Notes under the pieces: model-generated
What the model was told of the DNA's origin: nothing
Seen by the model: only the letters and a program-made list of their open reading frames with translations
Database searches by the model: none
Made by a program: the position numbers and the translations under genes
Part shown: one piece after another, positions 25,100 through 37,977 of the stretch
Layout: each line of letters starts with the position of its first letter
Position numbering within the stretch: position 1 is the first letter of the stretch
Source: Lobosporangium transversale
Lineage: Eukaryota
Assembly (NCBI RefSeq): GCF_002105155.1
Contig: NW_019028990.1
Span: 434,001 to 498,000, forward strand
Reading direction: 5' to 3'
DNA: 64,000 bases

Positions 25100-27325
25100 T
25101 TACAATTTCTTGCCGCGTGCCTTGAGACCTTCTTCAACACGAACGCCCCAAGTGGGATCTGCCTTATTGAACAATGCAATCTGGCGCTTGATAATCTCAA
25201 GATTCTTGACCTTACTCATATGATCGATAAGATTACCCACAAGGTCATCCTGTTCTTTACCCTTCAATAGACGGTACAAGTTACCAGGCTGAACAAAGTC
25301 ATCGTCGCTCTTTCGGAAAGGGTAACGGCCCGTAGCTCCATATAACTGTACAGAGGATGGCCTCACACGAATGTCATGATCCTGTTGCGCAGGCCCCTTT
25401 GGATCTCGGGACTGAGGCTCATAGTTGGGTGCATTGTTAAAGTTCTCTGAAAAATTCATAGGTCCATCACGTTGATAATTAGCAACGATGGTTCTGTAGG
25501 GCTGATTGATGGGTAGTTGCAGATAGTTGGTGCCGAGACGGTGACGATGTGTATCTGGGTACGAAAACAGACGCCCCTGTAGCATCTTGTCGTTTGTAAC
25601 ATCAATGCCAGGAACCATGTGTGAAGGCGAGAAAGCTGCTTGCTCCACCTCTGCAAAATAATTCTTTGGGTTACGGTTCAAGGTCAGCTTTCCAATCTTC
25701 TGGAGAGGATAGTCAGAGTGGGGCCAAACTTTGGTGACATCTAAAAATTTAAGGAAAGGTAGGGCAAAATAACATTCATGTTAATTCGATATCCAATGCA
25801 GTTTCCGCATCGACTGTATTCGATAAGCTTTAGTTTTAATCACAACAACTCACCAAAGACATTCCATCTATACTTGGCGGCATCTTCTTCCTTCATGGCT
25901 CTATTAGATAAATAAGAATAATAATAAAAAGTTTTAAAAAGAGTTTGCTGCCGCTCACGTCTTGCATTTGTTTACCATTGATTGAACAACTTACTGTAGA
26001 TAGACAGTCCAAGAGGGGAAATCGCCCTTTTCAATAGACTCGAACAAATCCTCGGTATTGCTATCGGGATTCTCGGTATCGAGTTTCTTTGCCTCCTCTG
26101 CGGTATGGTTCCTGATGCCTTGATCGGTCTTGAAATGCCACTTGACAAGATGTGCAATTCCTTGAGAATTAACGAGCTTAAGTGTATGAGATGAATATCC
26201 ATTCATGTGACGGAACGAATAAGGCGTACCACGGTTTGAAAACAGGATTGTGACCTGATGAAGTGACTCTGGTGTAAGTGATAAAAAGTCCCAATAAGCA
26301 TCAGGATCCTTCAAGTTCGTCTGAGGGTTGCGTTTCTGAGTGTGGATAAAGTCAGGGAACTTGAGAGGATCACGGCTATGGAGAGAGGAATATGTCGATG
26401 AGAATAGGATCCATATTGATACATTACAAGGATGAATGTTTCTCTCATAGACAAGGAAGAGACTTACATGAAGAAGACAGGGGTGTTATTGCCAACCATA
26501 TCCCAGTTACCCTCTTCGGTATAGAACTTCAGAGCGAAGCCACGAGGATCACGAAGAGAGTCGCTAGTTCCCTTCTCACCTCCAACAGTAGAGAAGCGTG
26601 CAAAGACTGGAGTCTTGATTCCGGGTTTTTCCAGGAATTTTGCACAGGTGAGCTGAGACAGATCCGCTGTCACCTCTGTTTGAGAACGAGTTCCACATTA
26701 GATCATGTGGTTTGGAGAAAAGTAAAGATGGAGACACCACCATTAATAGACCAATAGCGAGCAAGTCGGATTTCCCATAGGTAAAAAAAAAAAAGCCATG
26801 ATGTTAAAATTTATCACTGGAGGGAATGATGTGACCACAATTAACTAAATATGTCCAATGTAGGGTGGATATGAGAATGCGCAGTACAGAACCATTCTGG
26901 TTCTCACGTCCCACAGCTATTGCCAGTCACCGGTCATTGATCTAGTCCTCAAGTGGTCAATGTAGACCCTGCTATATCGAAGAAAACTCTATTTCATTCC
27001 CTTTTTAAAAAAAAAAAACCTTACCAAAGAAACCATGGGCTCCAGAGCCTTTGGCATGAACAACACGCTCAGGAATACGTTCACGGTCAAAGCGTGCAAG
27101 CTTGTCGATAAGATGAAAATCTTGAATAAGCACGGGGCCGAACTCGCCGGCAGTCATTGAGTTTTGGTTATCATCCACGGGATTTCCTATTAAAAAAGCG
27201 CATGGTGAATTTAATAAGTACTTCATAGACGTGGGAAAATTTTAGACTGGCTTGAACTGACCATTGTTTGTGGTGAGAACGTTGTTCTGAGGTGTAGCAA
27301 GGATAGTAGGAGCTTCTTGGCCCAT
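25100..27325 (-). CDS. Monofunctional small-subunit heme catalase, multi-exon
   Basis: [51 protein letters not shown]-terminal KKL. Confidence 0.96.
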
Positions 27326-27373
27326 GGTGAGAATAAATTATGTTGTGATGGGGAGAATATGAAGGAAATGAGG

Positions 27374-27404
<31 letters not shown>

Positions 27405-29214
27405 AGAGAAAAAGGAGAACGAGAAAGGAAGCCATCTTTTATATGTGTATTTCGATGATGTTAAAACAAAGTGTCCAAGTCCCTTGACGTCGTTGATGGA
27501 TGTAGATACGCAGGCACAATCTTACTCCTCACAATTCAAATCTAATGCAAATGTGATATTGCGAAGCTTCATCTCGGCTCCGAAGTCCGAGCACTTTGGC
27601 ATTTGACCGATCCTTGGATTTTTCTCCAAAGTTTTGCATTCACTACAGTAACATCATCATACAGGCACTAGTTTTCTTGCATCCTTCTTTCTTTCCTCGC
27701 TAAACCTGTTTTTGCACTATCAAGGGCCTATGGTGCACGACGTATGAATGAAATCATCATATTTTGAATCAAACATTAAACACTTTTCGGGTAAAGTTTA
27801 TGGCCTCTTGATATTTTCGTGGCTTTTGGTCCCGATGATTGAGCAGATTATGGTCCGATTGTCCCTTACATGGCGATGGCACTATTCAAGTGAATATAAA
27901 TAATATAAAATCAAATGAAAGACAGCTGAAGAGCATGAGGACTACTACTGATGATTACTTTAGATTTTAATATGAGGAGGATGGAGTATACGAACCCAAT
28001 GTTGAAAAAAAAAAAAATAAAAGATAAAATAGAATTAAGGATGCAAAGCCGAATTTTCAGAGATCGCCACTAACTTCAATTATATTCCTTGTAGGAGACC
28101 GCTGCCTCCCTTCGCAATGGAGGTATACAGTTATCAAGATGTCACTGCTCTTTGCATATCTTCGGGCCGAGAATAGGAGCTTCGCAACACAACTAGTGCA
28201 CGGGCCTCTAGGGAAAAGTATCATAAACTTTAAAAATGAAGTCCTTGCTGCCCCCCTGTAGATTTGAATGAGAGATTCCATTCTTGGCAAGCAGAACTGG
28301 TGAGATGGATCAGACGCTGGAGCTGGAATACACACCTCATCAGGCAGCATAAAAAGTGTATTCTCATCCAGACAGAAGGACGGCGGCCACGGAAGTCGGA
28401 GCCCGCTGAGAAAGGGACATGTAAAAACTCATTGGCAGAATGTCCTTGCCACTGAAAAACTGGATGGCGTACAAGCGGGCATGTTCGCCTATAATTCGCC
28501 ACTAAGATGGAAAGTAAAGCCCCAGTAGGCAGGTAGGCAGGTAGGAGGTAGGCGTGGGAAGTTGTGAAAAAAGCTTCCTTTTTTTGCTTCTTTCTGAAGC
28601 AAGATGAGCAAGCCTTCTATCCTCGGCCTGCGTGATAGCCACGAATAAGAATATTTCATTTAGAAAGGAGGAAATGCAAAGTAGACATTCTATTAATGGA
28701 GAGACAAAAATATTATGCTCAATGAGCAGTCAGGAACGTAAAAAAAGAATCCTAAATCAAAAAAGAAAATTAGTCCCCACTCATCTTTCAGCATAAAGTT
28801 TTTTTCAGAACTTTGTTGGCCAACAATGAGCAGTCCCAGTTCCTTAAATTGCATCGGATGAGACTTGCATTCTTCTTTTCTTCAATCGCTTCCCGTCATT
28901 CTTGTTTTTTCTAAAAGAACAAGGGGGACGGGGATTTGCACGGCGAGAACCTTTCCCTCGATGTGAAACGGAAGGCGATGAGACGCAAACCGGACAGTGT
29001 AAAAAGCTTTTTGCTTCGACAGGTCCTTCATTGGGCCATTCGTGGGGCGAGAAGAAGAAAACCTGTCTACATTTTTCTCTTTTTATTAATATCTTCCTAG
29101 TCAGTTGAAATCCCAGATTCTTTAGATACATACACTCTCCTCCATCTGAACCATCATTTAAGAATTATAAATATCTTTAATTTACACTGCTGTTGCTATT
29201 TTCTTCCTCTTCTT

Positions 29215-30533
29215 TTAGATGCCTTTTCCACCAGTGACCTCCAAGGTGTGTCCGGTAATGTAGGATGCAAGAGGACTGCACAACAACAACACAGATCCTG
29301 CAGCTTCCTCGACCTGACCAGCACGCTTCAAGGGTGTGTCAGCAAAGACAACAGCTGGTGGAGGAGCCTCCTTCTTGGCACCCATAGGGATTCCAAGGGC
29401 AATCTTTTGTCCATCAACCACCATGGTCTCACCGTTCTCCTTTGCACGAGTCAAACGCGTGTCAATGTATCCAAACGCAACAGTGTTGCAACGAACTCCA
29501 AAGGATCCCCATTCCTTTGCAACCGTCTTGGTCAATCCAATAATACCGGCCTTGGCTGTCGCATAGTTGGCCTGACCAACATTTCCATGGAGACCGGAAG
29601 TCGAAGAGACCTAAAACATGGAACAAGGAAAATAAAAATTGTTTGTCAAGGGTAAAACAAAAATATATATATATAGCAAGTGTGCAATAAAGAAAAAAAA
29701 AAAAAAATTACATTGACAATGGAGCGAGGTTCACCATCCTTGAGACGCATGTAAGGGGCAGCAGCACGGATGATGCGGAAAGGAGCAGCGTTATGAACCT
29801 CGAGCATCAACTGGAACTGTTTGTCAGTTGTCTTGTGGAGCATGCCGTCAAAAGTGAATCCTGCATTGTTGACAATAATGTTGATCTTGCCAAAAGCCCT
29901 AGATGGTGAGGGGGAAAAAAAAAAAAAAAGAAAAAGAAAAAGATTAGGCCCTGCAACAAAAAGAAAAAGAAAAATAAAAAGTTATTGCAGCAACAACATA
30001 CTTGATAGTTTCAGAGATGAGACGCTCGGGGAAGGACAAATCGGTGACATCGCCAGAAACAACAATAGCCTTTCCACCAGCTTCTGTGATCTGCTTGGCA
30101 ATATCCTTACCCTTGGCTAATAAAATAAAAAAAATAAAAATAAAAAGGCTTTAGGAAGTGTAGATCTGAATCTGGTTGAAGGGCGTGTAATAAGTACTTT
30201 GGAGTATCAAAGCTTTTTTTTTTTTTTTTGCTATTGGGATTTACCATCATCGAGATCACTGACTACAACGGAGGCACCCTCCTTGGCAAAGAGAAGAGCA
30301 GTCGCACCACCGATACCCTGACTACAAAATATTTCACACGACATGTAATCAGTCAGCTCCTGTTTTGAAAGTATAAAATGGACGGATATAATATTGTCGT
30401 TTTTTTTTTTTTTTTTTTACCCAGCACCAGTGACGATAGCAACTTGGCCGTGCAAAAGACCACTAGGATGGGCAGCACTGCTGGAAAGGTGGTTCATGAT
30501 GACCGAAACACGGTTAGCAGCAACAGAGGACAT
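29215..30533 (-). CDS. Short-chain dehydrogenase/reductase (FabG-like) with N-terminal PTS2-like signal, multi-exon
   Basis: AIVTGAG-QGIG, VNNAG, YATAK catalytic motif, CNTVAFG; N-terminus RVSVIMNHL. Confidence 0.92.
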
Positions 30534-31198
30534 TATTGTAATGTATGGAAATGAGAATGAATGAGGTGAGTGAGTAGAGGAATGTTAAGAGTAGAGTGGA
30601 GTGGAGTGGAGTGGGAAAGAGAAAAAAAAAAAAAAAAAAAAAAAAAAGGAGGAGGAAAGAGATTCTTTTTTTAATAGTCTTTTCTTTCCCCACGACATTG
30701 TGGAGGAGTCAATCGTTGCAAACTTGCATCCGGATAATCTCAATTCCCATTGTAAGAATAAAAAGGTTGTCAGATGCCAATGAATAACCCAAGTCGACGG
30801 GTTGCCCTCCAAGAATGATCGGAAGTAACGAACAAATTATTTTCTAATTCTCCTCCAAATAGAGAGAAAAGACACGGCCACATGTTCCGAGTCCGATGAG
30901 GGGATGCGAGGGTCCAAGGACTTTGAACAGTGACGATCGGAGACAAAGAAGACTGGGGATGTGGTCGCGAGGTCTAAAGAGGAATGGCAATAATTTTGAG
31001 TTTCAGAAATGGCCCACTGGCACGCAAGGCCGATCAAAAACAAGATACAAAAATATTTTGCAGGTGTAATTATCCATGATGTCTTTACAGCCATACATAA
31101 TACGTACAGGAACTCTCGTCTTCTGTCGTTCTGTCATTGTTGATACAAGAAATATATATAAAACATGAGGAAGAATATGATATGTCTATCTATAAATG

Positions 31199-31413
31199 TT
31201 AAGCCTTGATGGCAGGAGCATCGCCGCGTTCGTCCAAAAGCTCTTGGATGTGTTTGGTGACAAAGTACCGGGACATCGTTTGCTTGGACAAGAACTTGGC
31301 ACCCTGAACGTTCTTCACACACTGCTCAGCACCGCACCAGCAGGTAAAAGGTTGATCCATCTCCCACTCGCTTGAGGGATAGAAAAAGGTCATGTTATCG
31401 CCTAGTGAACGTC

Positions 31414-31444
<31 letters not shown>

Positions 31445-31718
31445 GAATATTAAATAATACACAAATGAGTGCAAGGTAACAAATAAACGCGTCAAAAGTT
31501 GTAAAAACAAAAACGTACCCTCCTTCAAGTCGGTGACAGCGACTACAGTCATAGCATCAGTGTCGAAGGAGACAGTAGGGTTGCAGGAGTGGTTCATGAA
31601 CACGACTAAGGAGCAATTTAGTATAAAAACCATAGAAGAAAGGGTTAGTAAATCGTATGTTGTACATGTACGTAAGGATAGATATCATTGTGCCTGATTT
31701 TCATTTTTATCTCGCGCT

Positions 31719-31755
<37 letters not shown>

Positions 31756-31923
31756 GACTGGTAGAGATCTGATTATATGATTATATCAAATGGATCCCTA
31801 GACCATGCCATGAAACGTAAAATACGCCGTATTGAAGAACCCGGTACATGCCAAAGCACAAAAACAATAACCTGTAATGCAACCATCGCCTCAACAACAA
31901 CAACAAAACAAACTAAATCAAAT

Positions 31924-31957
<34 letters not shown>

Positions 31958-32540
31958 ACCGACACATGTCATCAATCCATTAATCCATTTGATCCGTTTG
32001 GTTCACCACAACAGTCGTGCAAAGCTTTCCGTTCTCGTATGAACCGTACATGCTCCCTTGCGACTCTTTTTGGATCTTGATATTGTTTACATATTGTTGT
32101 TATTGTTATTGTCGTTGTTGTAATTGCTCTTACTGTTGGTATCGTTGCACTTCACTTTCCCATTTTCTTGACGGAATCTACTCACACATCTCAGATCAAC
32201 TCTTTTCCTTCTTTGTATGATCCGAGCGAAAAAGCCTCTCTTCATCTTCGTTGGAATTGTTTAGAAGTAGCTGTTGCCCATCCTTGTGGCCCCACGATGT
32301 CTTCCTTACTTTCAAATGATCAAATATAGTCGATGCCGATGATTGTTGATATTCCTGAACTGATCTTCCGAGTTCAACCTTGAGCTTTGGCTTTCGAGTT
32401 CTCTTCACCCACCCATGATATTCACGTAAAATTCACATTCATATCTCTTTCTTCCTCATCAAGGCAACCTTCTTCTTTTCGATCTCATTAATAATAGATA
32501 CTGTTGGTATCATTAATAATAAAACTGACGAATTCATCGA

Positions 32541-32571
<31 letters not shown>

Positions 32572-32823
32572 ACGATCCGAATTAAACTCAATGTGATCTT
32601 CCTTTCCGACCTGAACGCTGGTATATTTCTTGGGTCCAGGGGTCACGCCCTCGACCTTGCAGATGATCTCGCCCTTGACATATGGCTTGCACGCCACTAG
32701 CTTGGAGTTGTAATCGCCCTCTGCATAGACAACCTCGAACAAACCTGGGTGAGTGGGTTTGTAGGCACTTTTGACTGCTGCAGCGTCTGTGATCTTCTCG
32801 ACCTTGGTGTACGTAGTAGGCAT
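31199..32823 (-). CDS. Small SET/post-SET domain protein (~179 aa); exons 32823-32574, 31605-31519, 31401-31199
   Basis: FMNHSCNP, MTFFYPSSEW, post-SET CWCGAEQC; exons join in frame. Confidence 0.88.
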
Positions 32824-34318
32824 GGTTGTGAGAATGAAATGTGTTTAAAGAAATGTATTTCTACTTGACTTGGAGGACGGATTTTCTTGTACAGAAAAGA
32901 AAAGAAAAAGAAAAGGAGAGGAAGTAAGGAAGTGAGGACGGATGGAAGGAGGGCTTTTTCAAAGTTGAGACCTTTATAAAGAAAACAGGAAACAAAACAA
33001 AATAAACTTTACTTAATGAAGTTCATTTCGTCACTTCGCAGAGGAGATTAGAGTATTCAGCAAGAACCTTGTGGATCTTGTTACTTGTAACACAATGCGA
33101 ATACTTTTCTGTTGATCTCACACACTTCCTATGAACTGTTGCATGTAACAGTATATATTTCTAGACACTCATCCTCGACTCCTGCTAGTTCTTTTCCGCA
33201 TCTCCAAAGAAAAAAAAAAAGCGTTCTCTTTATACATAGTTTCTGATTCACTTCAAAAACAATAAAAAGTAATTCACAGTCGACTCTTCATTTAGGAAAT
33301 GCCTTGGGAACCAGCCCGTTTTTTACTGTGGAAAAAAAATTCTCTTTGAGAGTCTAGGAGATATGAATTGGCAAGCGGGGAAGTCGCAGTAACTACTGCT
33401 CCGTCGAATTAACTGGAAGAGACATCGCCGCTTTTTTTTTTTTTTTTTTTTTCCACAATAGATATCACTCACCATAGAGGAATAGATTGATCATTTAATA
33501 AATAAATAAATAAATACGTTTATTAGATCAGCAAAGTCTTGTCGTGCTGAACACAGATATCAACCACCTCATCACCCAACTGCCAGAGAACAATGCTATT
33601 TTAAGCCGGCGTTGCTTCGCTTCTTACCAAGCATGCCTTACTGTCAGTATCATTGTCATGAGACTTCCGAAATTTATCTCTGAAGGCCTTTCGAAGATTC
33701 CGAAAATTAGAAAAGTTGTTGAAGGCTCACTCATATTCCCCAAATACCTTTCCTAAAAAAAAAAATAAACCAGTTATTATTCTAATATACTATGAAGCTA
33801 TATAACCTGTTATTGGCATTTAGATTCTATTTTCTGTTTCTCTCGATGGAGGTGAGAGAGCTATTAGATATTCCTAAAAAAAAAAAAAAAAAACTTTAGG
33901 CATTCATGCTTTTTTTTTTTTTTTTTTTTTTTTTTTTCGCTCGTTGCTTCATCTTGATCCACAACCTCTCTTTCACTTTTAGTAATTACCACTAGAGTAA
34001 ATATCCGATTTTTACAACAGTAACTCATTTAGATTGGAGTTCTTTAGGAGAAGATCGGTTACATGTATATTAGTCCTGATCAATTAAGAAAGCAAATTGT
34101 CAAATAAGAAAAGTTCTTGCTATGTTTTCTGTTTCTTTATTATACAATACAAAAAAAAAAAAGAAAAAAAAGTGCATGTCTAATGCAATAGCAGTGTCAA
34201 TGATAGCGATAATGTTTGTGATAATAACGGTAGTGATGGGGGATGGTGATAAAGAAAAAGAAAATAAAAATTGGTAATGAATAATAAAGGGAAATGCCAA
34301 AAAGGATTAATCAGACAT

Positions 34319-34704
34319 TTAAGCATGTTTAGGGTTATCGAAACGCTTGTACGAATGCTTCTCATATGTCTTGAGTTTGTATCTGCGACGCTTACTATTA
34401 CATGAAAGGTAGAAGGGAAAAAATAAAAACATTCACAGCATTAGAGCATAGTAAAGCATGAGAGGGCACACAAGCATAAAGGTACATGTAGTGCATATAG
34501 GACGTACGCGACAGGAACTCTAGGTTCGATAAGGTTACGTTCTACAAAGCTTTGGAAGCGGTCCTTCATCACACTGCCCTCTGGTTTGAGTTGTCTCAAC
34601 GACTCTGAAAGTTCATCCTGCAGTTGAACATGTATCCTTTCCTTTGGGATACTATTGTAAGGAGAATACATACATATATACAAATAGAAAAGAAAGCCGT
34701 ATTT

Positions 34705-34741
<37 letters not shown>

Positions 34742-36132
34742 GAGGAAAGAAAAGAAATCGTGGACAGACAAGTTCATTGGCACAATAAAAAAAAAACTTA
34801 CTTGAACCGGCCAACACGCTTCATACCAGCCTTTTCCTTCTCTTCTCTCTTTTTCTCGCTCTCTAATCGCTTCTTCTCAGCTTCAGCTTCTTCCTGCTCA
34901 ACAGCCTTCATGAGTTCTTTAACCTTATTAGTCTGCTTCAAGAGTTCCTTTTCTCTCTTGATTTCTGCCTCCTTCTTGGCTCTTTCGGCCGCACGCGCGA
35001 GACGGTTCCTCTCAGTAATGGTCTTCTTGCCTTTCTTCTTCTTTGGCGTTGTAGCATCGTTATTTTCGTCAGCATCCTCATCCTCATCCTCATCCTCATC
35101 TTCGTCTTCATCATCAGAATCCTCCAATAATCCACCCGTCTGGTCATCGAATGCTACCATTTGATCCAGTTCCTTTGGATAAGCTAATTTAGCCTCGACC
35201 TTCTCCCTTTCTGCCAAAATCCTCAATTCTTCCTCATGTGCAAGGCGCAACAACTCCTGATGATCTTGCATTGTAGGGTTATAAGAGGCACCTGGATGCG
35301 CCTCTTTAACAGCAGGAATAGCAACTTTCTGTTTTTGCTTGAATGACTTAGGTGCCTTGACTGTACCTTTAGTCACAATGTCCGAAATAAAATCGACCTC
35401 CATTTCCTTTGATTCATCATCATCTCCTTTTTCTTCTTCTCCTCCTCCAACAGCTATATCCTGTTCCTTTGCATCTTCCTTCTGATCCTTCTTCCCTGAG
35501 TCATCATCCCAAACATCAAAGCGACCGGCTGCCTTGACAGCATCTGTCATACCTGATCGTCCCTGAATCTTCGTGACAGGTGCAAAAAGTGATTGGGATG
35601 TCTTTCTCTTGATCATTTCAAGTAATCGAGCCTTCTCTGCTTTTGAAATCTTTGCATCCTTTTTAGAAGCTGCAATAGGTGTTGTTGTTGATGAGGCTTT
35701 CTTATGACCACTAACAGCTGGAATCTTGCTACGCTCTGCAAGGATCTCATCCATCTTTAAAGGGCGGTTCTTGCGGAGCTCCTTGATCACTTTACCATCA
35801 CCTCTGGTATCTAATGTAAAGAGGCTCTCGTTTGACTGTTGGTGTACTTTACCACTGTAACATAGAAGTGCAATTAAGATTTGTATTAGTCCAAGGATGG
35901 CTGGAAATTATGGTAGAGTATCGTGAAGAAGGAAAAAAGAAGAGCTCCAAAGCTACAAAATACAATGCTCAATAGCATACCCGGTAGTACGTTCTTCGGC
36001 TCTCAATTCTTCCAAGTTGGTCTCTACATCTTTGATATCGATGTTCTTGCGCCAGGCTTTCTTGCCTTTGCGGGAACCTTTACGGTTCAAACCATTACCA
36101 GTCGGCACTGGCTTTTCAACTGCTGTGGACAT
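34319..36132 (-). CDS. NOP53: Ribosome biogenesis protein Nop53 (GLTSCR2), multi-exon
   Basis: [20 protein letters not shown] (AIM-like), [36 protein letters not shown]. Confidence 0.93.
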
Positions 36133-36255
36133 ATTACTGAAGTATATATAAAGGAAGAAGAGAGAGATTGGTGGGGAGTTTTGAGCAATGTAAGGAATGG
36201 ATGATGAAAGTAAAACTGTTTAAATGTGGTCTTTTTGGAAGGTCCTTTTTACTTC

Positions 36256-36286
<31 letters not shown>

Positions 36287-36502
36287 AACCTGTTGTGGCT
36301 TTTATTTTGTCTATTCCAAAATAATTTCAAAGCTGTCACTTTTTTGGGTCTTTGTTGGCTCATGTGCTTCAACTTAATTTTTTTTTTTTTTTTTTTTCAA
36401 CAGCGCACACGCGTCAGCATTTTTTTCTTTTTAACTCTCACATATTCATCTCTCTCACAAACACATACTCTCGTTTTTGTCCCTTTCTCAGCATCATATA
36501 CC

Positions 36503-36949
36503 ATGTCAGACCAACTAACCGAGAGTCAGATAGCAGAGTACAGAGAGGCCTTTGCTCTGTTTGACAAGGATGGCGATGGTACCATCACAGCCAAGGAGCT
36601 CGGCTCGGTTATGCGGAACTTGGGCCAGAACCCTACCGAGTCTGAACTTCAGGACATGCTCAATGAAGTGGACGCCGATGGCAATGGCAAAATTGACTTC
36701 CCTGAATTTCTAACAATGATGTCCCGCCAACCTGACACTAACTCTGAGGACGAGCTTAAGGAGGCTTTCAAAGTGTTTGACAAAGACAACAACGGTTTTA
36801 TCACCAAATCTGAGCTTCGCCAAGCGCTCCACAACCTTGGTGAGAAATTGACCGAGGAGGAGGTCGAGCAAATGATTAGAGAGACTGACCGCAACGGTGA
36901 TGGCCAAATCGACTATAAGGAATTCGCCATCATGATGTCGACCAAGTAA
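36503..36949 (+). CDS. Calmodulin-like protein, 148 aa, intronless and divergent
   Basis: Four EF-hand loops: [48 protein letters not shown]. Confidence 0.95.
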   Translation: MSDQLTESQIAEYREAFALFDKDGDGTITAKELGSVMRNLGQNPTESELQDMLNEVDADGNGKIDFPEFLTMMSRQPDTNSEDELKEAFKVFDKDNNGFITKSELRQALHNLGEKLTEEEVEQMIRETDRNGDGQIDYKEFAIMMSTK

Positions 36950-37702
36950 AAAAAAAAAAAAAAAAATCAATTCTCTTTCTTAATATAAATTTATAAATGC
37001 CTTTTTTTTTATTTTATTTTTTTGGTTTTTGGTTAGGAAGAGAGTAAGTCCATTAAAAAAAGAAAAAGTTCTTTTTTGCAACGCCAATATAAAACATGTA
37101 TTGAACTTGAGAATAAATCGCTGTGCTGGACAAAGAAGCGAATACTCACACGCAAAACCAATGACGGAAGCCAAAATTCGCTTTTTTGAGCAAACAAGAG
37201 GGGCGAGGGGGCAGGTGTAACTTTCGAGGACAGTAAACAGAAATCGATTCCGCGGAGACATTTGGTTGAATAGATCTAATCTTTCTTTTTTAACCTGAGC
37301 ACAACATTGACGCGTCGATATACGCGTCAAACAAAAACAAGCCCACATACAATTTCTGAACTACCTTTATTTACAACGTTTTTTAATTGTTTTATCTACT
37401 TTAAAATAAGCTTCTTTTTACATCGTTCCAATGAATAAAAAAAAAAATTGTCCAAGGGTAAGTTAAAAGTTAACTGAAAAGGGCGGAGGAATTTATCCGA
37501 ACGTTTGCAAATTTTGCCCAGGTTGTCATGTGGAACTAACCATGGCATTTTGTGGGATATGTAAAGAACATGGTATTTGATAGTCAATGCAGTTATCACG
37601 TTTGGATAATAAAGCTTATTTCTCATCGGAACAATGCAAACTGAAAATGATAAAACGTTTTTTATTTATATTCAAAACAGACTCCCGTAAAGAGTGACGT
37701 TC

Positions 37703-37910
37703 ACCCTCGATTCTGAAAGATAAGCTTCTCATTTTCTTTTGTGTATGAAATGGACAACAATGACTGCATCATGCCAGCAAAGCTTTCAAACGCTCCAAGC
37801 TCTTGGTATACATAAGAGTTCATTATCGAGCCGTTGAGGATGACGACAATGGTGAAATCAATTACAAGGAGCTCCTCGATAAAGCCCTCTCCGAAGCCAC
37901 TAAAAAGTAA
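37703..37910 (+). pseudogene. Decayed calmodulin C-lobe (EF3-EF4) copy
   Basis: VYEMDNNDCI...QTLQALG...RAVEDDDNGEINYKEL across frameshifts; DNA aligns with 36740-36930 (gtgtatgaaatggacaacaa vs gtgtttgacaaagacaacaa). Confidence 0.7.
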
Positions 37911-37977
37911 TTCATTCCTTCACATACTTTATTCTAGAATTCTATGGATACATGGATTTATTATTATTATCTTTCTT

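Noticed and set aside
26770..26990. Possible H/ACA snoRNA in a catalase intron
   Set aside because: Two weak hairpins and an ACA, but no proper H box; cannot be supported without computation.
27540..28520. Possible retroelement debris
   Set aside because: Coding-like composition but only a vague LRNGGIQL similarity; no diagnostic motif.
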